NCBI GenBank assembly: GCA_002685965.1
Contig: NYZE01000058.1
Location: 3,458-67,457, forward strand
Direction: 5' to 3'
Length of the DNA: 64,000 nt
Source: Planctomycetota bacterium
Lineage (GTDB): Bacteria > Planctomycetota > UBA1135 > GCA-002748355
Position numbers and translations under genes: made by a program. A model generated the notes under the pieces. It searched no databases and was not told the DNA's origin. It saw nothing but the letters and a program-made list of their open reading frames with translations. Of the stretch, positions 1 to 8,916 are shown piece after piece; within the stretch, counting starts at the first letter, position 1, and the number at the start of each line of letters is the position of its first letter.

Positions 1-2
1 CG

Positions 3-995
3 GAAGCCTATCGAGAGTCGGCCATCGAGGACCTGCTCCCGGTCGTCCTCAGCGACTTCGGCGACATCGAAGCACCCGCCAGCGTCGGCGAACGATTCGT
101 GCCGATGATGGAGAGCCCCCATTCGCCGCACCCGATCGTGCGGCTCCAGGACGACCTGGACGTCAACCGGCGTCTCTGGGAAGCAGGGCTCGAGGGCATG
201 AGCTGGTACCACCCCGTCCTGCGCGCCAAGGCCGGCGCGACGGTGCTACTGCGTCACCCGGTCGACGAGAACAAGTACGGCCGGCGCGTGCTCGCGGCGC
301 TGGCCCCGTATCCCCGCGGTCAGGTCTTCTACACGGCCATCGACGAGACCTGGCGTTGGCGCAAGTTCTACGGGGAGAAGTACCAGGACCGCTTCTGGCG
401 CAATATCGTTCGTGCCCTGGCCGAGAACAAGCTGCGCCAGATGGATGACCGCGTCGTGCTCGTCGTCGATCGCAACGAGGTCGACGTGGGCGACCGCGTG
501 CGCATCGAACTGAGCCTGCTCGACACGGACTACAACCCGGTGCTCGCGGAGACCGCGCGGATCCACTTGCGCTTGCCCTCCGGCGAACTGCAGTCCATTT
601 CGGTGCCAAGACTCCTCGGCGAACACGGTCGATTCGAGGGCGTTGTGCCCTTGAGCGACGCCGGCGTCTACTCGGTGCTCTACTACGAGAGCGGCAACCC
701 GAGCGGTCGTCCGCTGGCCCGCCAGGACGTCAGTGCCAGGGTGCCGGGCAAGGAGCTGAGCGAGACTAGCCTCAACGAAGCCGGACTCGTGAAGCTAGCC
801 GAGGCGGCAAAGGGTCGATATGTGCCGGTGTGGCGTATGGACAGTCTGCTCGACGGGTTCGCCGGCCGCGGCGCAGCCATCAAGACCGTCGACCGCAAGG
901 TCCGCGAAGCGTGGGACCACGCCTGGACCGTGCTCCTCGTCATCCTCCTACTCGCGGTCGAGTGGATCCTGCGCAAACGCTGGCGGCTCATATGA
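3..995 (+). CDS. C-terminal part of a membrane-anchored protein (5' end lies upstream of the window); possibly the amidotransferase-like/VWA-associated module found in Bat/MoxR-type envelope operons
   Basis: The frame is open from nt 3 with no stop before the listed GTG at 99, so the gene begins outside the window. It ends in a TM helix plus basic tail (WTVLLVILLLAVEWILRKRWRLI). Its TGA (993-995) overlaps ATG 992 of the next gene. The family guess rests only on remembered motif resemblance (YTAIDETWRWR...FW). Confidence 0.6.
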   Translation, partial: EAYRESAIEDLLPVVLSDFGDIEAPASVGERFVPMMESPHSPHPIVRLQDDLDVNRRLWEAGLEGMSWYHPVLRAKAGATVLLRHPVDENKYGRRVLAALAPYPRGQVFYTAIDETWRWRKFYGEKYQDRFWRNIVRALAENKLRQMDDRVVLVVDRNEVDVGDRVRIELSLLDTDYNPVLAETARIHLRLPSGELQSISVPRLLGEHGRFEGVVPLSDAGVYSVLYYESGNPSGRPLARQDVSARVPGKELSETSLNEAGLVKLAEAAKGRYVPVWRMDSLLDGFAGRGAAIKTVDRKVREAWDHAWTVLLVILLLAVEWILRKRWRLI

Positions 996-3900
996 GAGCC
1001 CTGTTGCCAGTCATTGCGCTCGCTCTTTGCGCCAGCCTGCCAGCTCAGCGGGGTAGCGCGCTCTTCAGCGTTCTGCGCGACGAGGCACGGGCGCACAAGT
1101 TGAGCCAGGCACGACTGCGGATCGCGAGTGCTGACTACCGCGCGGGCATCGAACTGTTGCTCGACGTGCTCGCATCGCCAGCAGCAGCCGTGTCACCACG
1201 CCGCGACAGGGCCGGCAACTGGAAGGGGCTGCGCGAGCAAGCTCGGAGTCTGCTTCGCTCTTTGCCCGAAGCAGGCCAACAAACCTACGACCGCCTCATC
1301 TTTGGCGAGGCGACCCCTCAACTGCGCGAAGCGCTGCGCGACAAGAACGCCACCGAGCTCGCACGACTGGCCATGCGCTGGCCGCACAGCACTGCTTCTG
1401 AGGCTGCGCGCGTCTCCGCCGGCGATCTCTTCCTCGAGCGGGGCCGCGTGCTGCGCGCCCTGCAGGAGTTCACCCTGGCTGGCATGCAGACACCGACCCT
1501 AGTCGCTCGGCGTTTGCTCTGCCGCGCCCTGCTCGGCCTCGACATTCGCACGCCCGGCCTGCCCGGCTCGACGCGCCTGCCGTTCGGCGAACAGGAGCTG
1601 CCGCTGTCCGAGTGGTTGCGCCGGGCCGGTGACATGGAAACGCTCACTGTCTCGGAGTCGCTGTGGCCGGCCTTCGGCGGCGGCCTCGATGGCACACGAA
1701 TCGCGGAAGCACCCGTGCGCCCCGGTCACATGTTCCAGTGGCAGCTGGCAGTCGAACGACTGACCACCGAGGCCTTCAATCAGAACATGCACGCGGTCGC
1801 CGATGGGCGCCGCCTCTTCGTCAACACGGGCACGCGTCTCTACGGCATCGAGCTGATCCGTGGCGAGCACCACTGGTACTCGCCGAGCTGGATCATGCAA
1901 CAGCGCAACAACTACCTTTATTCCGAGAGCATCAACCAGCACCAGGCGCATTCCGCCGCGCTGGCCGACGGCCTCGTCATTGCGCCGCTGCAGGTTCCGG
2001 TCACCCCGGACACCGCCAAGGCGCACCACACGTTCAACGGCATTCCGATCATGGTTCCGCTGGCCGTGCGCCGCCTGCATGCGTGGGAAAGCGAGACCGG
2101 CCGGCTCGTGTGGGCCCACTTCGACCCGACACAGCCCCTGGCCGAACACTTGCGCGGCCTGTCGCTGGACGTCAGCGGACCGCCGCTCGTCGTCGACGAC
2201 ACGGTCTACGTCCCAACACACCGCCAGGTCGGAACGATCGCGCTCTACATCTCGGCTTTTGAGGCCAAGACCGGCCGCTTGCGCTGGCGCACCCTCGTCT
2301 GCAGCTCACAGATCGAGGTCAACATGTTCGGCAACGCGCAGACCGAGTACGCAGCGTCGCCGCTCGCCTACTCCGACGGCGTCCTTTACGGTTCTTCCAA
2401 TCTCGGCGTGTGTTTCGCGGTGCGCGCCGATGACGGATCGGTCCGCTGGCTGCAGTCCTACCCGACCATCCCGATCCCGCGGGCGCGCATGCGCATCAGC
2501 AACCGCCCGGTCTACTGGGCCAACAATGCGCCGGTGGTCGCCGAAGGCATGCTCGTGACGACGCCGATCGATTCCCGCGACGCACTCGCGATGGACACAG
2601 CCACCGGCGAGCTCGCGTGGCGGCTCCCCTACCACATCAGAGACGGCGGGCGTACGCAGCGCTACAGCTTGCGCTGGCTGATCGGCGTGCGCGATCGGGC
2701 CGCCTGGTTCTCGGGCGAAGGCATCCTGGCGGTGCCGCTCGACGGACGAACTCCGGCCAAGACCATCGCGACTCCGGCGACACTCGGCGCGTACGGCGAC
2801 GGCAACCGCGCGCCGCGCGCCGTCATGACCAAGAACCACATCTACACGATGTCACCCAACGGCGGCCTGCGTGCCATCGACTATCGCGGCAACGTCCACG
2901 GCGAAGACCGACGCGTCCCGGAGCTCAACGAGGTCGGCAACCTGTGCTCCTCCGGTGGGGTCCTGTGCACGGTTCGCCCAGGCATGGTCACGGCCTACTA
3001 CGACATCGACCAGCTGTTGCGCCGGGCGCGCAACGCCGCACAACGCCAACCCGACGACCCACAACGGGCGCTCGCCTGGACCGAGTTGCTGGCCGCTCGA
3101 CGGGCGACAACGGCGGCCGACCTGGCGCAGATCGTCGAGCGCTTCGGCCGCGTCTTGGAGTTGTGCGTGCACGCCGGGAACGGGCCGAACTCCCCCACCA
3201 TGCTGAGGACCAAGAGCGGTTTGTTCCGCCATCTCCGCGATCTCGGTAATGCGCTGGAGACCACGCGACCCGACGTCGCAGCCGGACACCGCCGATACGC
3301 TGTGCAGATCGGCCAGCAGCTGTGGGCCGCTGGCGCGTTGGCCGCCAAGGACCTGGTGCGCTTTCACGTCGGCTTGTTCGACCACTACGAGGGCAACAAC
3401 CCCAGCATGTGCACCCTGCTGCTCGACCAACTCGAGCGGCACCACTCGGGCGTGTCTTACAAGTTCCGCGGCGGCGCGGAGACCCGCGTCGGCCTCTTCG
3501 TCGTGCAGAAGCGACTGAGCTCCCTCGGTCAGAGTCGCGCCACCGAACGCATCGCCCTTCTGCGACGGCTCATCGTGGACTTCAGCAACGACAGGATGCC
3601 TGGCCGCGACCAGCGCTGGACCGGTCGTGCCTTCGGCATCGCAGGTATCCGCGACCTGCTGCGACGCCACGGTCGTAAGCCGTACGCGCCTTACGAAGAG
3701 GAAGCCACACGCCTGTTGCACGCCGGCGGCTCGGATGAGTCACGCTTGCAGCTCATTCTCGACCACTATCCATGCAGCGAGACAGCGCCGCGAGCGCTCG
3801 GCAAGATGGCCGCACTGGCCGCTGAGCGTGGCGACTTGACCGCAGCACTGCGCGCCTATTCCTTCGCCGTGCGCCGCCTGCCAGAGGTGCCGACCACCTT

Positions 3901-5422
3901 CCTGAAGGCCATCGCCACGACCGCTGAGCGCGCCGGGAATACCGCGTTGGCGGCTGCGCTCGGCCGCTTGAGGGACAAGGCGGCGCCGGACAGCGCGTGC
4001 AAGAACCTGCTATCGACCCAAGGCCTCAACGCGGCACCGCTGCAACAGCTTCAGCATGGCCCGGCCGGGCGCACCGACCTCTACCCGGCCCAACTATCGC
4101 CGCGTTCGGTCAAGGGCTTCGCCGCGACGATGAAACCACCCCTGATGCTCAGAACGAGGGCCGGCCTCGTCGATGCCTTCAAGCCACACGCCGGCAAGAG
4201 CCGCTACCACTTCGAGAAGGCGGACTTCCAGTTCCACTACATGCCGCCTGCCCATTCCGTCGTCGAGGTTGCCATCTACGGCGACACCCTCGTGCTGCCC
4301 GACGAACGGGCCATCCGTGGCCTCTCACTGGCGGACGGTAGGCCGCGCTGGGAGGTCTCGACCAGCTCCGAGGACGACAGTGTCGTCCTCGCCGGCCCAC
4401 TCGCCAGTGGTCTCTACGGTGTCTGCGTGCAACCGCGCGACTTCGACCGCCGTGGCCTGCAGATGCTCACGATCGAGCCGCTCAGCGGGGTCATCGTCGG
4501 CAAGCGAACACTCAATAGCGACCGGCAGCCGTCGCTGTCTAACGGGCGTTGGTTCCGCTTCGCTCCCGGTGCCGACAGTACGCGCTCACTCATCCTCATG
4601 GACACGATCACGGCCCACGACGTAGCGACCCTGCCGCTCGATGGTTCGCTCGGCCCGGTGGCCTACCGAGACCTCGACGACAACATCCTGATCACGGCGA
4701 CGGAGGTGTTCGTCCTCGTCCCGGGGCATGCCGGCGGTCAGGCCCCACCCGGCCTCTTCTGCTTCCAGCGCACCGGCAACCAGCTCCTCAAGCGCTGGCA
4801 CAAGCTCGCCCCATTGCTGCGCGACAAGGACAGCTTCATCGCATCGGGACCCGAGGTGATCCTGACTCTCGGACTGCAGACCGCAGAACGTGGCCGCCTG
4901 TGGCGCCTCGACCGCCAGACCGGCACGCGGAAGAGCGAGATCAACTGCGGCCGTGACGCGCGCCTGCCACGCTACCCTTACTTCAGCGCGGTGGAGCAAC
5001 CGGCCGGACCGGTGCTCTTCGTTGGGGCCAGCGCACGCAACCATGCTCTCGTGACCCTGCTCGACACGCGCCACGGCGCCGCTTCCTGGCGCAAGGAAGT
5101 CAGCAGCGGGGAGGTGGAACGAGCGCTGCCGGAGGACCTGCCGCCGCCAGCCTACGGATCCGACTGCGTCGTACTCGGCAGCCCGGTGTGGCGCCGCAAC
5201 CGCCGCTACATCCACTTGCTCGTCTTCCGGCTGACCACCGGCGAACGCATCCCGGCATCAGCGCTCAGGAACAAACCCTGGCGAAACATTGCCCACATGA
5301 CGCCCTGGAACGGCGATTTGCTGCTCCGCAGCCAGCGCAACGCCTGGGTATTCACCGGTACAATGCAACGCCAGACTCCGAAGAAGGAGTCCCCTGACAA
5401 CAGTGGTCCCCGTAAGCGATGA
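992..5422 (+). CDS. Large secreted PQQ-like (BamB-like) beta-propeller repeat protein with N-terminal helical/TPR-like region, 1476 aa
   Basis: ATG 992 yields the signal peptide MRALLPVIALALCASLPAQ. The GTG-830 extension is Arg/Pro-rich and overlaps gene 1. Recurrent propeller-blade motifs are present: GRLVWAHF, KTGRLRWRT, DDGSVRWLQSY, ATGELAWRL, ADGRPRWEV. Confidence 0.85.
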   Translation: MRALLPVIALALCASLPAQRGSALFSVLRDEARAHKLSQARLRIASADYRAGIELLLDVLASPAAAVSPRRDRAGNWKGLREQARSLLRSLPEAGQQTYDRLIFGEATPQLREALRDKNATELARLAMRWPHSTASEAARVSAGDLFLERGRVLRALQEFTLAGMQTPTLVARRLLCRALLGLDIRTPGLPGSTRLPFGEQELPLSEWLRRAGDMETLTVSESLWPAFGGGLDGTRIAEAPVRPGHMFQWQLAVERLTTEAFNQNMHAVADGRRLFVNTGTRLYGIELIRGEHHWYSPSWIMQQRNNYLYSESINQHQAHSAALADGLVIAPLQVPVTPDTAKAHHTFNGIPIMVPLAVRRLHAWESETGRLVWAHFDPTQPLAEHLRGLSLDVSGPPLVVDDTVYVPTHRQVGTIALYISAFEAKTGRLRWRTLVCSSQIEVNMFGNAQTEYAASPLAYSDGVLYGSSNLGVCFAVRADDGSVRWLQSYPTIPIPRARMRISNRPVYWANNAPVVAEGMLVTTPIDSRDALAMDTATGELAWRLPYHIRDGGRTQRYSLRWLIGVRDRAAWFSGEGILAVPLDGRTPAKTIATPATLGAYGDGNRAPRAVMTKNHIYTMSPNGGLRAIDYRGNVHGEDRRVPELNEVGNLCSSGGVLCTVRPGMVTAYYDIDQLLRRARNAAQRQPDDPQRALAWTELLAARRATTAADLAQIVERFGRVLELCVHAGNGPNSPTMLRTKSGLFRHLRDLGNALETTRPDVAAGHRRYAVQIGQQLWAAGALAAKDLVRFHVGLFDHYEGNNPSMCTLLLDQLERHHSGVSYKFRGGAETRVGLFVVQKRLSSLGQSRATERIALLRRLIVDFSNDRMPGRDQRWTGRAFGIAGIRDLLRRHGRKPYAPYEEEATRLLHAGGSDESRLQLILDHYPCSETAPRALGKMAALAAERGDLTAALRAYSFAVRRLPEVPTTFLKAIATTAERAGNTALAAALGRLRDKAAPDSACKNLLSTQGLNAAPLQQLQHGPAGRTDLYPAQLSPRSVKGFAATMKPPLMLRTRAGLVDAFKPHAGKSRYHFEKADFQFHYMPPAHSVVEVAIYGDTLVLPDERAIRGLSLADGRPRWEVSTSSEDDSVVLAGPLASGLYGVCVQPRDFDRRGLQMLTIEPLSGVIVGKRTLNSDRQPSLSNGRWFRFAPGADSTRSLILMDTITAHDVATLPLDGSLGPVAYRDLDDNILITATEVFVLVPGHAGGQAPPGLFCFQRTGNQLLKRWHKLAPLLRDKDSFIASGPEVILTLGLQTAERGRLWRLDRQTGTRKSEINCGRDARLPRYPYFSAVEQPAGPVLFVGASARNHALVTLLDTRHGAASWRKEVSSGEVERALPEDLPPPAYGSDCVVLGSPVWRRNRRYIHLLVFRLTTGERIPASALRNKPWRNIAHMTPWNGDLLLRSQRNAWVFTGTMQRQTPKKESPDNSGPRKR

Positions 5423-5443
5423 CCCAGCACGACCAATGAAGCG

Positions 5444-6616
5444 ATGACTTCCCCCACCACATGGCTGCTTCTTGGTGCATCGCTGACGTGCGGCATGGCA
5501 GGGAGCTGCGCCGCCGAAGGACTTGTGCAGGACAAGAAGAAGAGGCAGCGGGTCGTCAAGCCAGTCGGCGGTGGAGCCCGCGAGCACGAGATCTCGGCAG
5601 ACGTGGAAGCGGCCACGCGCCGGGGCCTCGCCTACCTCGCCCGCAACCAGAGCAAGGACGGATTCTGGACCGGCGATGTCGGTTTCAAGGTCAACGCCAG
5701 TTACCGGATCACGCACGAGAATTCCGCGCACCCCGGCATAACAGGCCTGGCACTCATGGCCTTCCTCGCCTGCGGCGAGGTGCCGGGCAAGGGTCGTTAC
5801 GGGGCGGCCGTCGATCGCGCCGTCGACTACCTGCTGCGTTGCACCGAGGAAAACGGTTTCATCTGGAACAACGGAACCCGGATGTACAGCCACGCGTTCG
5901 CGACCCTGGCCCTGGCCGAGGTCTACGGCATGTCCACGCGCAAGGATGTGCGCACGGCCCTCGAGCGAAGTGTCAACCTGATCGCCGACAGCCAGAACAG
6001 CGAGGGGGGTTGGCGCTACAAGCCCTTCGCGCAGGAATCGGACATGTCGATCACGGTGTGCCAGGTCATGGCGCTACGTGCCGCCCGCAACTCGGGAATC
6101 CACGTGCCACGCAACGTGATCGACGATGCCGTCAAATACGTGCGGCTTTCCGCCCGCGCTCTCGGCGAGCAATCACATTGGCGACGCTTCCGCAGTCGCC
6201 GCTACGGCCTGTTCAACACCGGTGTGTTCAAGTACCAGATGCGGCCCGACGCGCGCGCCAGCTTCGCGCTGACGGCGGCCGGCGTCACGACGCTGTACGG
6301 CGCCGGGATTTATCAGGATCCGCTGCTCGAGCGCGGTCTCAACTTCATGTCGGCTCACTTCCAGGAGTACAACGACAACTTCCAGCAGCACTACTTCTTC
6401 TACTACGGCAACTACTACGCAGTGCAGGCGTTCTACATCGCCGGTGGTAACCGCTGGGCTCATTACCGGCGCAAGATCACGGCCTTCCTGCTCAGCGGTC
6501 AGAGCTCCGAAGGATCGTGGACCTGTCCCACCGGTCCCGGCAAAAACTTCGCCACATCGGTCTCCGTGCTGATCTTGGGCATTCCCTTCCAATACCTACC
6601 GATCTTCCAGAGATGA
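5444..6616 (+). CDS. Secreted prenyltransferase/squalene-oxidase-repeat (alpha/alpha-toroid, terpene-cyclase-like) protein, paralog 1
   Basis: Signal peptide WLLLGASLTCGMAGSCAAEG. Repeat motifs QSKDGFWTGD, QNSEGGWRYKP and QSSEGSWTC. It shares ESDMSITVCQVMALRAARNSG and the C-terminal FQYLPIFQR with the gene at 12596-13726. Confidence 0.85.
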   Translation: MTSPTTWLLLGASLTCGMAGSCAAEGLVQDKKKRQRVVKPVGGGAREHEISADVEAATRRGLAYLARNQSKDGFWTGDVGFKVNASYRITHENSAHPGITGLALMAFLACGEVPGKGRYGAAVDRAVDYLLRCTEENGFIWNNGTRMYSHAFATLALAEVYGMSTRKDVRTALERSVNLIADSQNSEGGWRYKPFAQESDMSITVCQVMALRAARNSGIHVPRNVIDDAVKYVRLSARALGEQSHWRRFRSRRYGLFNTGVFKYQMRPDARASFALTAAGVTTLYGAGIYQDPLLERGLNFMSAHFQEYNDNFQQHYFFYYGNYYAVQAFYIAGGNRWAHYRRKITAFLLSGQSSEGSWTCPTGPGKNFATSVSVLILGIPFQYLPIFQR

Positions 6617-8916
6617 CCGAGCCGCGGAACCCGAGCCACATCGCCGACGCCCTGGGGGTGCTACGCCAGCGCTTGCGGCGCCGCTTCATGGTGCACGGCG
6701 CGGGCTCGCTCCTCGCTGCTCTCATCGGCCTTCTCATCGCCCATTACGCCATCGACCGGCTGCTCGTGCTGCCATCGCCGATCAGGATCATCGCCCTCCT
6801 CGGTTTGGCCGTGCTCGCGGTCCAGGGCCTGCGCCGGCGCATCCTCTACCCCCTGCGACGTTCGCTCTCCACGGACGACATGGCCTTGCTGGTGGAACGC
6901 AATCACCCGCGCCTGCGCCAGGAGCTGATCTCGGCCGTCCAACTCGACGCTGGCGACGCGCGCGGCGACTCGACCCAGCTGATCGCCGAAGTTGCCGACC
7001 GCGCCGCCGCCTCGCTCCGGACCGTAGACCTGCGCTCGACGCTCGAGGCCAAGCGCACTGTGCGCGTCTGGGGCATGGCCGCCTTGTGCACGGCCTTGCT
7101 CGCCGGCGCCGCCATTGTCGGCCCCGAGAGCTTCAGCATCTGGTCGCAGCGACTCGTGGGCTTCAGTCCCACCTACCCGCGCCGCACCTTCCTCACGATC
7201 CAGATTCCGACCGATCAAGGCAGCAACTACCACGTGCGCAAGGACGGGGACGATCTCCGAGTTGCCATGGCCCGCGGCACGGACTTGCCCGTCAACGTCG
7301 ATGTCGAGGGCCTCGTCCCCAACATGGTGGAACTGGTGACGCGGGTGGGCAGCAGCGAGCGTCGCATCGCCATGGCCCGCCGCGGCAAGGGACACCACCG
7401 CTACGTGCTGCGTCGCCTCCTGCACCCCGTGGACCTCTGGGCCGAGGGAGGCGACGATCCGGGCACGTCCCACGTCGTGGTCGAGGTGCTCGATCCTCCG
7501 GTGGCGACCGACCTCGCCGTTCGCATCGAACCGCCCGAATACACGGGTCTGCCCAGCCTCGACCACGAAGGCGGCCTGGTGGAGGCGTTGCCCGCCAGTC
7601 GCATCACGATCAGTTTTCGTTCGACCGAACCACTCGCCTCCGGTCAGCTGCACTTCCAGGCCAGTGGCCTGCGCGTGCCGCTCACCATCGCGAGCGGCGG
7701 TGGTTCCGACGCCGGCCCGCGCTGGAAGGCCGAGTTCTCGATGCCGGAGAAGGCGGACCGCTACCGCATTCGGCTCATGGCCAAGAACGGTCTCGGGCAG
7801 CCAGCGCCGGGACTACACAGCCTCGTCCCGACGCCAGATCGAGCGCCGCGCCTTCGGGTCTACATGCCCGGCCCCAGCCTGCAGGCATTGACGCCAAAGG
7901 CCGCCTTCCCGCTGCGCTTGCTCGCCGAGGACGACTACGGCTTGACGTCGATCACGCTGCGCGCCCGCATCGGTAACAAGGACAAGCCGACGGAGCACTC
8001 ACTGTGGAAGCTCGAACCGAGCGCGACCGGAAGACCACCGCTGAAACACGGCTTCCTGCAACTGTTCGCCCCTAAGGACCTCATCGCCGGCACGGACCGG
8101 CCGCCGCGCGAGGGGGATCGTCTGACCTTCGACGTCGCCGCCTCGGACAACTGTCATCCCGATGCGCAGCAGGGCACGCCGCGAGCGTTCCGAATCGACC
8201 TGCTCGCCGTCGACGAGCTACGCCGCCGCTTGCAGGCCCGCCTACGCGGCACTCGCCGCACCGTCGAACGGGCGGTCAAGGTCCAGGAGGAACACGAGGC
8301 TCGTGTCGACGCTGTCATCGCGAGCCTCGACGATGGCGACGCCGCGCCATCGTCGAACCACAAGCACGCCTTGGCCGCGGCCGAGGCCGGGCAGCAACGG
8401 GTGCGTGGTTTCCTGATGCAGATCCGCACCGACCTGGCCGCAGTCCTCGATGCACACCTGTTCAACGGCCTCGATCCATCGCCGGCGCTGGCCGACGTGG
8501 TGCGGCTCTACATGAAGCACTTCGCCGACCACCCCACTGAGCCAGCCGGAGACCCGGCCTTCTACCTGGTTTTGGACGCCGGTCGCAAGAGCGGCGCGAT
8601 TGGACGACTGGATCTCATCGGTCGCATCGCCGACATGCACATGATCGCCCATCGCTCCCTCGAAGAGCGGCTGCGAGCCGCACTGCGCTCGCTCGCTGGG
8701 GCTTCGACGGCCTATACTCTGAGTAGATTCCGCCAGGCCCTGGTTGGTGTTCAGCAGCAGCAAAGCGCGGTCCTCGAGGATTTGCGGGAGCTTCTCCGCC
8801 TCCTCGAAGATTGGAACGACTACCAGGACGTGGTCCGGATGACCCGCCGCTTGCTCGGCGCCGAACGCGACCTGTTGGAACGCGTTCGTTCGGGCAACGG
8901 CAAGGAGCAGAAATGA
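6613..8916 (+). CDS. DUF4175-like multi-pass/anchored membrane protein, 767 aa
   Basis: ATG 6613 overlaps TGA 6614-6616 of the upstream gene (ATGA). There are two N-terminal TM helices (GSLLAALIGLLIAHYAI; IIALLGLAVLAVQGL). The motif LVERNHPRLRQELISAVQL resembles the DUF4175 N-terminal signature as I remember it. A third TM follows (VWGMAALCTALLAGAAIVG), then a large extracytoplasmic part. Confidence 0.75.
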   Translation: MTEPRNPSHIADALGVLRQRLRRRFMVHGAGSLLAALIGLLIAHYAIDRLLVLPSPIRIIALLGLAVLAVQGLRRRILYPLRRSLSTDDMALLVERNHPRLRQELISAVQLDAGDARGDSTQLIAEVADRAAASLRTVDLRSTLEAKRTVRVWGMAALCTALLAGAAIVGPESFSIWSQRLVGFSPTYPRRTFLTIQIPTDQGSNYHVRKDGDDLRVAMARGTDLPVNVDVEGLVPNMVELVTRVGSSERRIAMARRGKGHHRYVLRRLLHPVDLWAEGGDDPGTSHVVVEVLDPPVATDLAVRIEPPEYTGLPSLDHEGGLVEALPASRITISFRSTEPLASGQLHFQASGLRVPLTIASGGGSDAGPRWKAEFSMPEKADRYRIRLMAKNGLGQPAPGLHSLVPTPDRAPRLRVYMPGPSLQALTPKAAFPLRLLAEDDYGLTSITLRARIGNKDKPTEHSLWKLEPSATGRPPLKHGFLQLFAPKDLIAGTDRPPREGDRLTFDVAASDNCHPDAQQGTPRAFRIDLLAVDELRRRLQARLRGTRRTVERAVKVQEEHEARVDAVIASLDDGDAAPSSNHKHALAAAEAGQQRVRGFLMQIRTDLAAVLDAHLFNGLDPSPALADVVRLYMKHFADHPTEPAGDPAFYLVLDAGRKSGAIGRLDLIGRIADMHMIAHRSLEERLRAALRSLAGASTAYTLSRFRQALVGVQQQQSAVLEDLRELLRLLEDWNDYQDVVRMTRRLLGAERDLLERVRSGNGKEQK

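Noticed and set aside
830-991. Upstream GTG-830 extension of the propeller gene; similar long N-terminal extensions occur at 6517, 8811, 25724, 29636, 31381, 36155, 43602, 44331, 48472, 48764, 52437 and 56603
   Set aside because: The extensions are Arg/Pro-rich and overlap the preceding gene or the intergenic region. They would bury clear signal peptides or canonical N-termini that begin at internal ATGs, several of which have SD sequences or ATGA coupling.
5461-6450. 329-aa plus-strand ORF overlapping the first prenyltransferase-like gene in another frame
   Set aside because: It is an Arg/Pro/Gly-rich alternative frame. The chosen frame has a signal peptide, fold-specific repeats and a paralog elsewhere in the operon.
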